A DNA stretch of 63,438 bases, the filler included, from Parasitella parasitica NRRL 2501 (taxonomy: Eukaryota; Fungi; Mucoromycota), in the NCBI GenBank assembly GCA_025201805.1. It is 12 parts of 12 records of this genome, joined end to end, with 100 filler letters (N's around TTAATTAATTAA, not from the genome) between each part and the next. Parts side by side here need not be neighbours in the genome. Positions count along the whole stretch, not along the records: positions 35,539 to 37,621 come from MU619581.1; positions 37,722 to 39,873 come from MU619379.1; positions 39,974 to 41,787 come from MU619604.1; positions 41,888 to 54,833 come from MU619440.1; 8 more parts are not named here. One strand, written 5' to 3'. A program made the translations under genes and the position numbers. The notes beneath the pieces were generated by a model. The model did not search any database and was not told the origin of the DNA. It saw only the letters and a list, made by a program, of their open reading frames with translations. Shown here one piece after another: positions 37,191 through 49,500 of this stretch (its first letter is position 1; every line of letters begins with the position of its first letter).

Positions 37191-37734
37191 TCATCTATTG
37201 CTATTAAATGGAGCCACACCGATGAAATGAACGCATTCCAGACCAATTGTTCATTTTTTTATTTTGTTTTATTCTGTCAATTGATTAACGATATATCCCG
37301 CACTTTTAATTGTCATTTTTGCATGAATTAAAGCAGTAACGAAACAGAGATTTGAACCTTTCGCCAGTTGCAAAAGTAGAAGCTTCGTTAAAACGATTAA
37401 TCCAGTCGCCATCATCTTGTACGAAGCCCAGTGCAAGCTGAAATTTTCATTCATGCTAAAGCGGTCAAGATTTTCTTACTAGGATGTCAGGAAGCTCTAC
37501 CTCAATTTTCCATAGAGTTACGGTGTCTTCAAAATTAGGCCATCTTGAAATTTATTCGAAGATGTTCTTACCCAGAACATCCAAGTGCTCAAATGCGATC
37601 TTTTTTACTTTGCATTTTTCGNNNNNNNNNNNNNNNNNNNNNNNNNNNNNNNNNNNNNNNNNNNNTTAATTAATTAANNNNNNNNNNNNNNNNNNNNNNN
37701 NNNNNNNNNNNNNNNNNNNNNAACACAGTAGTAG

Positions 37735-38158
37735 TCAGAGCAAGACCTATTTCTATATTTAATCAGCTAATCGTTATGAATGTGAATCATTCATCGATAA
37801 GTTGAGCTTCGCAATTTAGAATAAGTAGAACCCAAATAGATGGTTTCTTATACAAGACATTCTATTGAATACTTCTATTTACTAGATAGAATAATCGATG
37901 CCATTTAACCTTAGATCCGATTAGGAACGGTTGCCATGACAACTGAGTTGAAATAGTGGTAACCATGGTATTCTATGGATACAACAACTGTGAATTAGTC
38001 TTGTCAATTAGTAATCTAAATAAGTCACCATAAATTTATGTAGTTGTAAAAAGTATAAATAGCAGCAGATGCAATTTCGATCTTAAATAATAAAAAAGTA
38101 TCTTTAGTTTTCGTATCTCGTTAACCTTTGGTTTTTTTATTATCTTTTTGATCCAACA
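37735..38158. mobile_element. Stacked LTR fragments (family D 37735-37986; 3' part of family A ~37988-38158)
   Basis: 37735-37986 matches ~53425-53680 (ends GGATACAACA); ~37988-38158 matches ~1209-1372. Confidence 0.75.
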
Positions 38159-38177
38159 GAATTTATTCAGTCAACAA

Positions 38178-38702
38178 TGTTTAGAGTAACAAAACATAGA
38201 CGGACAGAAAAATGCAATTAGAACTGAATATATTTATTTTGCTATTCCAAGATTGAATAACGGTTTAAACTAGTTTATGTTTTGAAGGATTTATAGTTAT
38301 TTGACAGTGCCGCAGCAATAATAGGACCATGATCTAGGATCAGGGGTAATTGGGTACACCTTGAACCAATCCCTAGGAGCTTAGTGGATAAGATATAGAG
38401 TTTCCGAGTTACTAGTAATACAAGAGCATAGATACGTATAAAGAATAGAATGTTGTTCCTAGTAGCTTTGATGGAAGAACATTCATCAGGATTTAACACC
38501 GACCTCAGGAACCAAATGTCATAGGATATCACCACTTTGTACTGGGATAAAGATCCGCCATTCAATGGCACCACTTATGTCTCTTTACCATGTCTGAATA
38601 AAGTCATTCCATTCTACTACCCATTTCTACTCATGCTCGCTTTCTGATGTATTATACAGAGTATAATACATTACCGCTAAGATTTGATCTATATCCTAAA
38701 CA
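38178..38702 (-). mobile_element. Solo LTR, family C (525 bp)
   Basis: TSD AACAA at 38173-38177 and 38703-38707; reverse-complement match to 28847-29359. Confidence 0.92.
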
Positions 38703-39973
38703 AACAAAAGATTTCAGTTATTATCAAAAATGGTAAAACTATGGATATGATATATATTGATGTGAAGGATTGTTTGTTCGACAGCATGCGCTTGTATATG
38801 TTCAGATAATAAGCTGTTTTCGAGCTGCTAAACAAGTCAAAAATCGCAAGACGAAAGCCATTTGGAATATGAAAAGGTGTTTCTGTTATGCGCAGAGGAT
38901 ATATAAATATGATCTGCTCAAAAAAATGTATACCTCTATAAAAATAAAATCAGACACAAAAACTAATGACTTTATTGATAAGAAAATGCCATCTTTTTAT
39001 ACTAGATTATATCTATTGTAACACTATTTGTCATCATGGTTAAACATTAAACTTGGTATGTAATACCAAGTTTATTACATGTTCTACTGTACATTAATAG
39101 CTTATTCCTTGTCATTGTATACAAAGAATTACCAATCTAATAATTTCTTAATCTCATGCCTTTCTGGCACAACAGTTTCTAAAGCCTACTAATATAATTA
39201 AGATATTTTGATACTGCAAAATTTACAGTCTGAAAAAAACATTTAGCAAACAAATGCAATATTATAATTATTATTTTTTGGGATATTAAGCAATGAAAAT
39301 TTAGGATGTACGCGAGTTGGAATGGAAACATATTTCTGAGCTTGAATTTACCACTGCGAATACAACCCTTTAGAAGTGAAGCACACCTATTTTTCAAGTG
39401 AGGAGCAAAGCATGAACTTCATAAACAATCTGGTTGTGTCTTGATATGAATCAATAGCCAAGCTACTGTAAAATATGATTTGAAAAGCTATTTTTATGTA
39501 GCTTTATGTTTTGGTTAAAATAAATGCCACCTAATCATGACGATCATCTTTTTCCCCGCTTAAATGCATAATCTACAATCTCTGATATCTTTACAAACTA
39601 TTAAGCGATAGAGACACGACTTTCTGCCAAAATCTTCTTTTTTTGCAGCACTTTACAACATATCCGAGGTTTATGCACGTCTGGCCATTTTTCAGATTTT
39701 GCTATGTTTGGACACCAAACCTCATATGTGATTTTCAGTTTTCAACTCTGGGTCAACCTTCAGGGTCATTTTAGGTATGGATTAGAGGTGCAAACTAATA
39801 ACATAGGCTAATACTAGTATGATAACTATCAGGGATCTACGGCCTTATTAGATAATCAGGGACAGAGTACTAANNNNNNNNNNNNNNNNNNNNNNNNNNN
39901 NNNNNNNNNNNNNNNNNTTAATTAATTAANNNNNNNNNNNNNNNNNNNNNNNNNNNNNNNNNNNNNNNNNNNN

Positions 39974-41787
39974 GGAAACTGAGCTCTAGAATAGCTTGTG
40001 CCATGTACTTGTCTGGAGATTCTTTGGATCCAATATGTTTCCTCTTCATCTTCTTCATCATTATTTGCAAATTTTTTAAGTCCGATATTATCTTCATCAA
40101 CTTCAAACACTGTGGCAATGGCACCATTTACCCAACCAAGGGAGACATTTAAATTTTGAATTAGCATAACAGGCATGCCGATCTTTAGGATGAGTTCCTG
40201 GGGAAGTCTAGTCTCTTTGCTAAGCACTCTTCTAGCAATAGCAGCAGTGCCTACAAAACTATCGATAGCAGAAATGTGAATGCCTTCGCCGGGAAACTCC
40301 TTCATATCTTTCCTGTTGGCTTTGTCAACAGCTTCTCTTGTTGTATATAGACGTAAGCAATTTAAAGGCAAATTCCTCTTGAGAACGGTTCTTTCATTCA
40401 TAAAAACAACCACATCCTCATCGAAATAGCCCAACCTTACTTTGTTCAAGATACGAACAAACTCTGGATCTTTTTGGCGAACTGGTTCAATGAGATCGTA
40501 CCGATTGACCGTATTGAATATCGCTGTCCTCCAAATTGTGGATTCATTCTTTCGGACAGGTAGAAGCTGTGCAATATCTCCAAAGAATATTGTTCTGACG
40601 CCACCCATAATAGAGGGTCTGTTTGTAGTTTTGATAAGTGAGTCGTTCATCGAGTTCAACAGTGAAGCACCAATCATTGAATATTCGTCAATAAGAAGTA
40701 TTATTTTGGGATATAGCTTGATGTATTCATCTAAGTTTTGAAAGTTTGGAATCTCGGATTGATTTCCTATTCCAAAAAACCGATGATGAAGAGTTTGTCC
40801 GGTAATGTTGTGAGCAGCTACGCCTGTAGGTGCTAATTTAAAGACCTAGAAAAGCAAGTTATTAATTATCGAAAACATGTAACGATTTGCACATACTTTA
40901 AACCCTTTTAGTCTGTAGTATCTCTCAAATATTCTGAGTATATACGATTTGCCTGTGCCAGCAGCCCCAGAAATAAATACAGCAGAATTAGTCTCCAGTT
41001 CATTTTTGACATGGTTGTAGATATTTTTCTGGTCTTCATTTGCATTCCGCAACATAAGCTTCAGCTCTCTTTTCGTAACTCTTTCACCTCTATCCAGGTC
41101 AAGAATATCATTGATATTGGAAACATTTGTTCTTGTTGTAGATGGCTCAATACCGCCCTCCTCCAATGGAATACTTATTAAATATTCGTAATAGTCCTTC
41201 CAAGTTTGATATGCGCCTTTTGCTTCTTGAAATGTAGTCTCGAACAAGATTTTTTTTGTTACAATCTGCTGGTAATAGAAACTATCGCCATTCATTTCGC
41301 TTTGATTAAATGTTCGCCAAAACGCTCTCTTGCCACGAGCACGCAATACAAAATTGGTTTTTCCACTTGTGACATTTTTGGGCAAGTGTTGACTGTAATA
41401 TTGCCTATTCACGAATTCCCGTCGTTGCAAAGTTGCCTCATCATCTGTATTGTCGACTTGAGATTTACGAATGTATGAGCAAAAAAATTCCGGTAATGTC
41501 AATGTCTCAGCACCATCTCTTTTTTCATATACGAATAATACACTAGACTTTGCAAATATATCCTCGGAATCTTCTGACAGATCCTTAATATCATCTCTGA
41601 TGCGCAATGAATCATAGCTGTATAGACCAGTGTTTAAAAAAACCACATTTCTTGAATTAGAGTGTTTGTGCCACCCCAATAAGTCATAAGTAGCTTCGAC
41701 AGCGCCAATTATCCTCGTTTTTAAATGGTCAGATTCTTTGATAAAGGAAGATTTTTGACGAAAACCTTGTTGGCCTTTACTTTGCAG
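39974..41787 (-). mobile_element. Helitron-type RepHel fragment (PIF1-family helicase), one intron ~40847-40894
   Basis: RIIGAVEATYDLLGW (Helitron RxxxxxEA motif), ISGAAGTGKS Walker A, LAPTGVAAHNI.GQTLH, LIDEYSMI, FGDIAQLLPV, PVRQKD, GMPVMLIQNL...NG; both ends at contig edges. Confidence 0.82.
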
Positions 41788-41964
41788 NNNNNNNNNNNNN
41801 NNNNNNNNNNNNNNNNNNNNNNNNNNNNNNNTTAATTAATTAANNNNNNNNNNNNNNNNNNNNNNNNNNNNNNNNNNNNNNNNNNNNGATAAAAAGTTAT
41901 AATAATCAGTTAGGTCTCCAAAGCAGAGTCATTGGTGGATTCAAACTTTATTTATATTTACAAT

Positions 41965-43441
41965 CTAATTTTTGCTGGAGGATCTCTGTGAAAAGGAAGA
42001 TTTTCTCGAAACAGGAAGGTAGGATACACTTTCATCGTCACCGCAACCGTCAGTGTCGCATTGTAAAGATATTCCTGATGCGTGCACAGCTGTATTACTG
42101 TCTTTTGTTGTGCCTCTCTCATCTTTGCGAGGCTTGTTGGTATAGGTGTGATTTTGATATACACTATAATTACTATTATGTGGATTATGTACATGTTCAG
42201 GGACTTGAGGCGTGAGGATGGTGATAGCTGTGTGTTTCTTGGGAGTAGTTTCATTGACTTCCTCATTAGAATGTTGTGAAGGAAGATTCGCATCGTATAT
42301 TTCATCTATGACGACTGGAGATTGCTTACGGCCAATAATGGCTTCAATCTTTGGAATACGTAATACTTGATTTCCTTTTTCGCTGTTAATAGTAAGGGTT
42401 CTTGTGGCAAATGAGCCCACATAAAACAAAGGTATAGTAATGCCGTGTGCAACCACTGATGCTAGTACCATGAAATATATAACAGGTTCCAAGAGCGTGC
42501 GTGCATGTGTATGTGGCCCGTCTTCTGGTAAAGCTTCAAGCGCAACAGTATAGTAAAATATCGCACCTACACCAATTGGACCAAACCAACCAGTGAATAC
42601 TGCTTCGCGCCAATTGTGAATTGCAGGTATCCATTTGTACAATGCAAGAACGATAGGAAGACGCCTGAAAGCCAAGACTAGAATAGCCAACGTAATTAAC
42701 CTCCATACTGAAATCTGAAGATCGTCGCTTGAAAATGCGGCCCAAGGCTACATACGCAAAGAGTTAATGAAAGTAAATTCTCATAATTTTGCGTTAAGCG
42801 ACATACCATAGTTACGCCAATATAAACAAAGATACTAAGATTCAGTAAAATGTCGACAACTTCCATCAAATGCGCTTTTTCTGTTTCGATACGAAACCAA
42901 TCGTTCCAAGTGAAAGAGTTGCCAGCAATAAAGCAGGCCAGTAAATCATCGCTTCCAATAAGACCAACTGTGCCCATCAAGAACAACTATAAATGATAGT
43001 CAGCCAAGCTGCCAAACAAATAAAACTATAAAGGTATACATACAGCTAATGCAACTGCAAACACGAGAAAAGATTCCTTATCAATAAATCTTTTCATCTC
43101 TGCATATTTGAGTAATTTGCGAGCGATGAAACCAGCAACAAAGCCAATTACAATTGACAACAGTACATTGTAGGCCATGATCCAATATGCCCATTTTCCA
43201 ATAGCTGGCCCAACATCCATTTGCATCAAATAGATGGCCAAGAACAAAAATGGATAACCAAGGCCATCGTTCGCACCACTAAATACACCAAAGCCATTAG
43301 ATTTCGATTGTCAGCATTAAAAAAAAAATGGTATCTGCTACCTTTCGCAAGAAATGATATGACGGACATGAGTTGGCACATGCTTCTCAGCAAATTTACC
43401 CTGAACAATCGAGTTGGCGAGTACCTATATACAAGCAAAAT

Positions 43442-43500
<59 letters not shown>

Positions 43501-44075
43501 ACTGTAACGGTAAATCAACACTTACTGGATCAGTTGGAGTAAAACAAGCGGCTATCATCAATGATTCCAACTAAATGATATACAACATTAGTATTTGAAA
43601 GGAACAAGACAAAGTTTAAAACAAATTCAACTTACAAAGGTGAGCCCAGGCATCAACGCCCAAACAAATAAACCACTAACCAACCACATAAATAACATGA
43701 TAGGGCCCAGTAAAGTGAGTATAGACGAGAGTTCTTTTCTCAAATAAGCTTTAGGTAGAGCGACGCCAGTAGCCATGACTTGAATAGCTATGACAACGCG
43801 AGTAAATTCATGAGTAATCATTGGTTCGTTGCCCCATTTTTGAATGTCAACGACTTGAGCACAAACAGGACCAAATATAATGCCACAAACGAGGGCAACA
43901 GCTGCATATATGTACAGGTGTAAGTCTGCAAATTTCATGTTTACATGTATATATATACGTCAAACTTACATGCTTCTGATAGATATAGTTTTTCTTTGAT
44001 CACTAAAGAGCAAAGACCATACAAAAGTATAAATCCTCCAAGAATTGCAGAGACGATAGAGACTGTATCAGACAT
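41965..44075 (-). CDS. NHA1: Fungal Na+(K+)/H+ antiporter NHA1/SOD2 type, multi-exon
   Basis: IKEKLYLSEA, IAIQVMATGVALPKAY, TPTDPV, NDGLGYPF, GSDDLLACF.AG, LAFRRLP, FTGWFGPIGVGAIFY. Confidence 0.9.
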
Positions 44076-45580
44076 ATAACGACGAGTTGATTAATGAATG
44101 TTTGGTTTTAAAGAGTGAATCAAAAGTTGAGCCGATGTAAAATCGCATAAAAACTATGGACAAATACGATATGCTAGGTGAATTGATTTAGTTTGTTTTC
44201 GTTTCGAAATTTCTTGGGAATCTTTGATCTACACTATTAAATTAGGATGAAAATTGTTTCCGATGCCTTCTTTATATACTTTTTTTTTTTTTTTTTTTTT
44301 TNNNNNNNNNNNNNNNNNNNNNNNNNNNNNNNNNNNNNNNNNNNNNNNNNNNNNNNNNNNNNNNNNNNNNNNNNNNNNNNNNNNNNNNNNNNNNNNNNNN
44401 NNNNNNNNNNNNNNNNNNNNNNNNNNNNNNNNNNNNNNNNNNNNNNNNNNNNNNNNNNNNNNNNNNNNNNNNNNNNCATTGTCGAAAAAAAAAAAAAAAA
44501 AAAAAATTCCAGTGAAAACATGTAATAGTAGAAATCGGCAAACATAAAGTATTCGGACATGTTTCCAAGCACCAGTAGTGAGAAAAACTTATATTTTAAT
44601 CGAAAATATGGAGATACTGATATTGTACCAGCCAACACTGAACATCCTCCGTTTAAAGCAAAGTCAAACATCCCTTTTGCACCAACTATTGTATCCCCTT
44701 ACAAACGTTGGACTCAACCAACCAGAACCATTTAGTTTAACTACAATGAGTACACGCTCTAACTTTAATGTAAAGATTTGTAACTTATGAACTTTCAAGT
44801 ATCTAGTGAATGTGCGTTTTTTGAAGTCAGAGCTATGTGTCGTTTTAATGACACTTTGTTATTTGTTTTAATAAGTTACCATGGCAAACTCGATTCTGTA
44901 TCAAATAAAAAAAATTAGCATTCTATCTACAGTTGCTTGGAAACTGATCTTCTTTGATTTAAATACATCATCATCAGAAATGACGGTCTACATGTGTTTT
45001 TACACTAGCGTAATGTGATGCAATGCAAACCCCTTCGGCTAACTGAAATCATTTGTTTTCTGCTGCTTTAGTGTCCAAAAATATGCATGTTATATGTTGG
45101 AACCAACGAATTGATATTCCACTCCATCGCAATCACAATCATTTAAATTTTCTGCCAAATATGGAATCCAAGATTTGCAGACACTATGGCCTGCCAAAAT
45201 TCTTTCTTGCTATGACGTTTTCTCCAAGTGAAAACTGTATACATGTATTCTCTATATACCCTAAATTCCCAGCCAGAACAAAATCCTTATACTGATGAGT
45301 GTTACACTTTCATGCTTCCCTTTGTTTTGAAGTGTATGGAGTACAAAGTGATAGTTGTGTCCTTCAAAGTTATCGATCTGGTTTCACTCGTTGGATCCTG
45401 ACCATGCCATTTCACGTTTTTATGTTGGATTATCATCAATTTGCGTTTCCAGCCTACTGCTAGCTAATCTCCCTCCAAGGCTTCGTTCAAAAACCCAAGC
45501 TCAGTATTCATGCGTCGATTGATTCAGTAAAAATTGGTGGTAATGTAAACAAGAAGCGGGTGTCATTCCTGCGAAAATCG

Positions 45581-45630
<50 letters not shown>
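45581..45630 (+). repeat. (GTA)n microsatellite, ~16-17 units
   Basis: Perfect GTA run. Confidence 0.97.
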
Positions 45631-45631
<1 letters not shown>

Positions 45632-45759
45632 TGAACACAAAGGAGCGCCATTCCTCAAATGAAAGCTACAAAGAATAGTCGATTTCTAGTGGAAATTTTC
45701 TTATCGCAACAGTTGTTGTAATTTTCATCATACACATTGCCAATCATGAAAAAATAGCG

Positions 45760-45814
<55 letters not shown>

Positions 45815-45975
45815 ATATTTGATATACAGTGATGTTGAGTAATCTTGGAAATCTGCCAACTGGAAATGCCTTTTATTTTCTAATATCTCAATTTGCAATT
45901 TTTCCTTGTTGCAGCTGTGTAATAGTGTGTCGAGAAGACTATCGACGGTGTGTGCCACAAGTTCAACTAAAGTCT

Positions 45976-47193
45976 TTATCTGTGATATCTTGATCTGTGC
46001 AAGTCGTCACGATCCCAGCTTCTCTCCATAGACCGATGATATGGTGGAGGAGATAACGGTGTAGGTGTGCGGTCATAATAACGATGTCGAACGTCAGGTG
46101 GTACAAGAGCATGTCTACCTACATCTGCATATCGATCGTCATATAGAGGATAGCTAACGTAGCGACCGTAGGAGGGATACTGTCGGTGGAAAAGAGGTAA
46201 AGGAGGTGGCGGCGAAGGTGATCTACGGTGGTATCGATAGTCGTCATAGTAGTAGTATTGATCGCGGAGAGTTGGCGGTAACGATGGGCGAGGACGGGAG
46301 TGTCTGCGAGTGTATTCTGATCGATTGCTGCTGTATGGCGGTTCCCATCTACTGGGTCCTCTGTTATTAGATATTTCCCTAATACGACTACAGGGACTGC
46401 GGCTACGACTACGATAGTTAGTGCGTCGCCCATTGAATGCCACATTTGTTGTTTGAAGATCACTTGCGCTTGGTGATGACTTGATGGACGCTCTATGTGC
46501 AATAGTAGGCGCTGAAGCATCATCTTTTTTTCGCATTTCAACATGAAATTTAATGGTATCTCTTGTTGTGTCCGTATTGGTCTTTGGTGTCGCTGTTGAT
46601 TGTGTATCGGCTGCTGGGAGGATATCTTTTGTGGCGGTGCGAATGTCGGTAGTAGCAGCAGCAGCAGCTTTTGAAGCGACAGCACTTGCTAAATTTGTCG
46701 TTTTGGGTATCTCCCACGCACTTTCACGGGTTATGGAATTGTAATAGTAGGGTCGTCCATCGTCTGTAGCGTGCATAAACCAGATTCCTTTTGATTCAAT
46801 GTCTTTCTTTTCAATCTCTTCTCTCTCCACAGTCGATAGTCTTTTGTTTTGTTTCTGCATTGCTGAATTGTCGTCTTCATCGTCTGACTCGTTTCCCCAG
46901 TCTGCTTGCATTATCCGCTCTTCATCCTCCTCAATGTCCAGAGAAAGCACTGGCTCTTTGACCGGCACCGGCACCGTCTTTTCCGGATAACTCAACACAA
47001 TATCCTTTAAGCTGTACGGCAAACCAGTTGTCAACGCTGAGGCTGGCTGGTTTCCATCAGGACCTTGTGCCGGATTAGTAGCGTTGAAGGGAGAAGAGCG
47101 TTCGTTAGAGGTGAATTTACCGTTTGAATACCTATTGTGCGAAGCTTCTTCTGCGAGCCTATGCCCGGTGTCTTTGAGTTCATGACTCATCAT
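45976..47193 (-). CDS. WW-domain protein with R/S/P/Y-rich C-terminus
   Basis: WFMHATDDGRPYYYNSITRESAWEIP WW motif; RSRSRSP tail; intronless ORF. Confidence 0.82.
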   Translation of the reverse strand: MMSHELKDTGHRLAEEASHNRYSNGKFTSNERSSPFNATNPAQGPDGNQPASALTTGLPYSLKDIVLSYPEKTVPVPVKEPVLSLDIEEDEERIMQADWGNESDDEDDNSAMQKQNKRLSTVEREEIEKKDIESKGIWFMHATDDGRPYYYNSITRESAWEIPKTTNLASAVASKAAAAATTDIRTATKDILPAADTQSTATPKTNTDTTRDTIKFHVEMRKKDDASAPTIAHRASIKSSPSASDLQTTNVAFNGRRTNYRSRSRSPCSRIREISNNRGPSRWEPPYSSNRSEYTRRHSRPRPSLPPTLRDQYYYYDDYRYHRRSPSPPPPLPLFHRQYPSYGRYVSYPLYDDRYADVGRHALVPPDVRHRYYDRTPTPLSPPPYHRSMERSWDRDDLHRSRYHR

Positions 47194-47299
47194 AGTAGAC
47201 TGCAAACGATAAAGAGGGAAAAGAAGGTTAAAAAAACCCCCCCCCCAAGGAGGAGGCTCCTATTTAATTGTCTTCTTTCGTATTCCCAATAGAAACCAC

Positions 47300-48609
47300 A
47301 TGAAACGAAATTTACATCCTCAGCGCTTACCACCACTCAACGTAGCAACACGTATGGACACTGACACTCTACACAAGCACAACGAATCAGACGCAGCAAG
47401 CTACTTTCACAGAGTCGTATTAGCTCCAAACTCTTCATCAAAGGCTGCCACCAGCCATATCATAGAGGCCTCTCAGATAATCTTGTTCACTTCTTCGTCG
47501 TTGCAGCGTACTGTGGGACGCTGCATTGGTTGTATAGGAAACGATAGTCTCTATGCCGCATTCTCTCCAGTCCTCCATAAATCAAAGGCGAGCACTGAAA
47601 GGTTAATGGCCATTCTGGATACGAGTGAAAAACGGCCCACTACAGACATGTGCCACGAGCTTGTTCAAGCAACTTCAGCTTGCATTTCTACACTCAAAGA
47701 GCTATGCTGGACATTGAGGACTCGACTCTCCACGCTTGTGCAAGGCCTGGATGCGAAATTCTCGAGAAATCTGCTGATGAACCTTTACAGCGCAACCGTC
47801 GATATGAAGGATGCTTGGCTAGTGATCAGTCCTTATCTGTCTGTGGACCCTATGCAGACGCTGACATCATTTATGCAGCCCAAGCCAAGCTCAACCACCC
47901 CAACCACGCCGTTGAAAAGCAGACCTCATAATGAATTATCAGCAGCCTCGTCTCATTCTCCTAGCACTTCGCCCTTATCATCACCCAATATCAAGGGGGA
48001 CAACACGCAGTTGTACACCCATTTGCGCAATGCAGTAGCTAGCTCATTGCATGTGCTGAACACTCTCAAACAGTCGATTGAAGACACGGTACAGGACAGC
48101 AAAACAACGGCTTCACTGGAGAACAAGTTGAACGAACTGCTACGACAGACGCAGTATGCTACGGAACTATCGCACCGACTAGATAAGAACGTGGAAGCAA
48201 ACATGGGGACTAACAAAGAAGATTTATTGCTGCTGCCTACGAGAAAAGAGTCGAGCAGACGTATATGGGAGGACACCAGTATATATTTGAAGGTTTGTTG
48301 ATCAGATTGTATGGGTTGGGCTTTTTGGTGCCAATATTTTGCATTTAGGCTATTGTTAGTGTAATGTCGTTTATTCGCTCCATCTCAACCGAAGAGGAAT
48401 TTGCATGGCCAAAGTCAATCAAGCAGGGCTGTCTGTATGTGACAAGAATGACTGCAGAAGTAGCAAAGCTTTGGAATAGCAGTAGCACATTTGCAGAAGA
48501 CGGATTCTTTCTAGGCAGACAAGAAAGAAGCCCAAGCGTTTCTGAGCAATCTTCATCACCTTACTCTACTTCGCCAGGCGGTGCAGTCGATATACCCAAA
48601 AATTCATAA
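47300..48609 (+). CDS. SOG2 (RAM network) C-terminal-domain-like protein, 2 exons
   Basis: SYFHR, IIEASQIILF, DAKFSRNLLMNLYSATVDMKDAW, RRIWEDTSIYLKAIV; intron ~48293-48348; no LRRs. Confidence 0.65.
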
Positions 48610-48703
48610 GTCACCCCACCCCTCCTCCTCCTCCTCCGCTACTCGTATTCATTAATTTCTTCCTTCTTTCTTTTGCAACAAAAATAAAACAAGATGAACC
48701 ATC

Positions 48704-49325
48704 ATGTCACTGGTATTTATTCGACACATACATTATAAAAGACTACCCAACTATGACGGCTGGTGGACGCAGATACTACATCGAGCCAAGGACCCTGTAA
48801 AAAAATCAGTCCAGGAACAAGTATTCTCAAACAGACAAAGAGTGCCGCTGCCTATACCATTTGCTGAAATAACTGAACCAACACAGCCTACAACCAATGC
48901 GCCAAAACTGAAATCGTTTGTCTTTTTAAAAGGGACTCCAATTGAACTCCCAGAGAAGCCAGAACCCCCCGACAACTGTTGTATGAGGTATGTGTGCACC
49001 GTTAAAAGGAAAACACTACAAGTGTATTGACATCTGCGTTTTTATAGTGGTTGTGCGCACTGGTAACCAATGCCCAACTTTTTTTTTTTGCTCTGGATTA
49101 GAGAACCTACTAAAATGCATTTCTTTTAATAGCGTATGGGACATGTATCAGGATGACATGGCAGACTATGCAGCGAGAAAAAAAGAGATTAAAAACAAAT
49201 TTTTAGACGCTGGAGAACCTCTGCCCAAAGAATTAGATTCTTCACACACTGGGGACGTTGTAGAGGAGATGGATCCAACTATGAAGGCGTTTTTAGAGAT
49301 GGAGAGAAAGCTGAATAGTAAATAA
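48704..49325 (+). CDS. Oxidoreductase-like domain protein (OXLD1/UPF0651 type), 3 exons
   Basis: Exons 48704-48987, 49048-49062, 49133-49325 give PEKPEPPDNCCMSGCAHCVWDMY and AFLEMERKL. Confidence 0.88.
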
Positions 49326-49500
49326 TAAAGGATCGTGGATATTTATGCATTTTATTCAAAGATCTATAATATTGCAAATTTTCTGAGGAATAGAGAAAGA
49401 AACATAGAGGAGGGGGATTGGGGGGGGGGTGAGTGGGCATTAGTGGAGATGTATAAATAATGGTAAAGTGATAATAAAACGACAGTACAAATGTGCAAAT

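Noticed and set aside
43221-45958. Poly-K/poly-F and X-rich ORFs
   Set aside because: Produced by intronic or intergenic poly-A/T tracts and N gaps.
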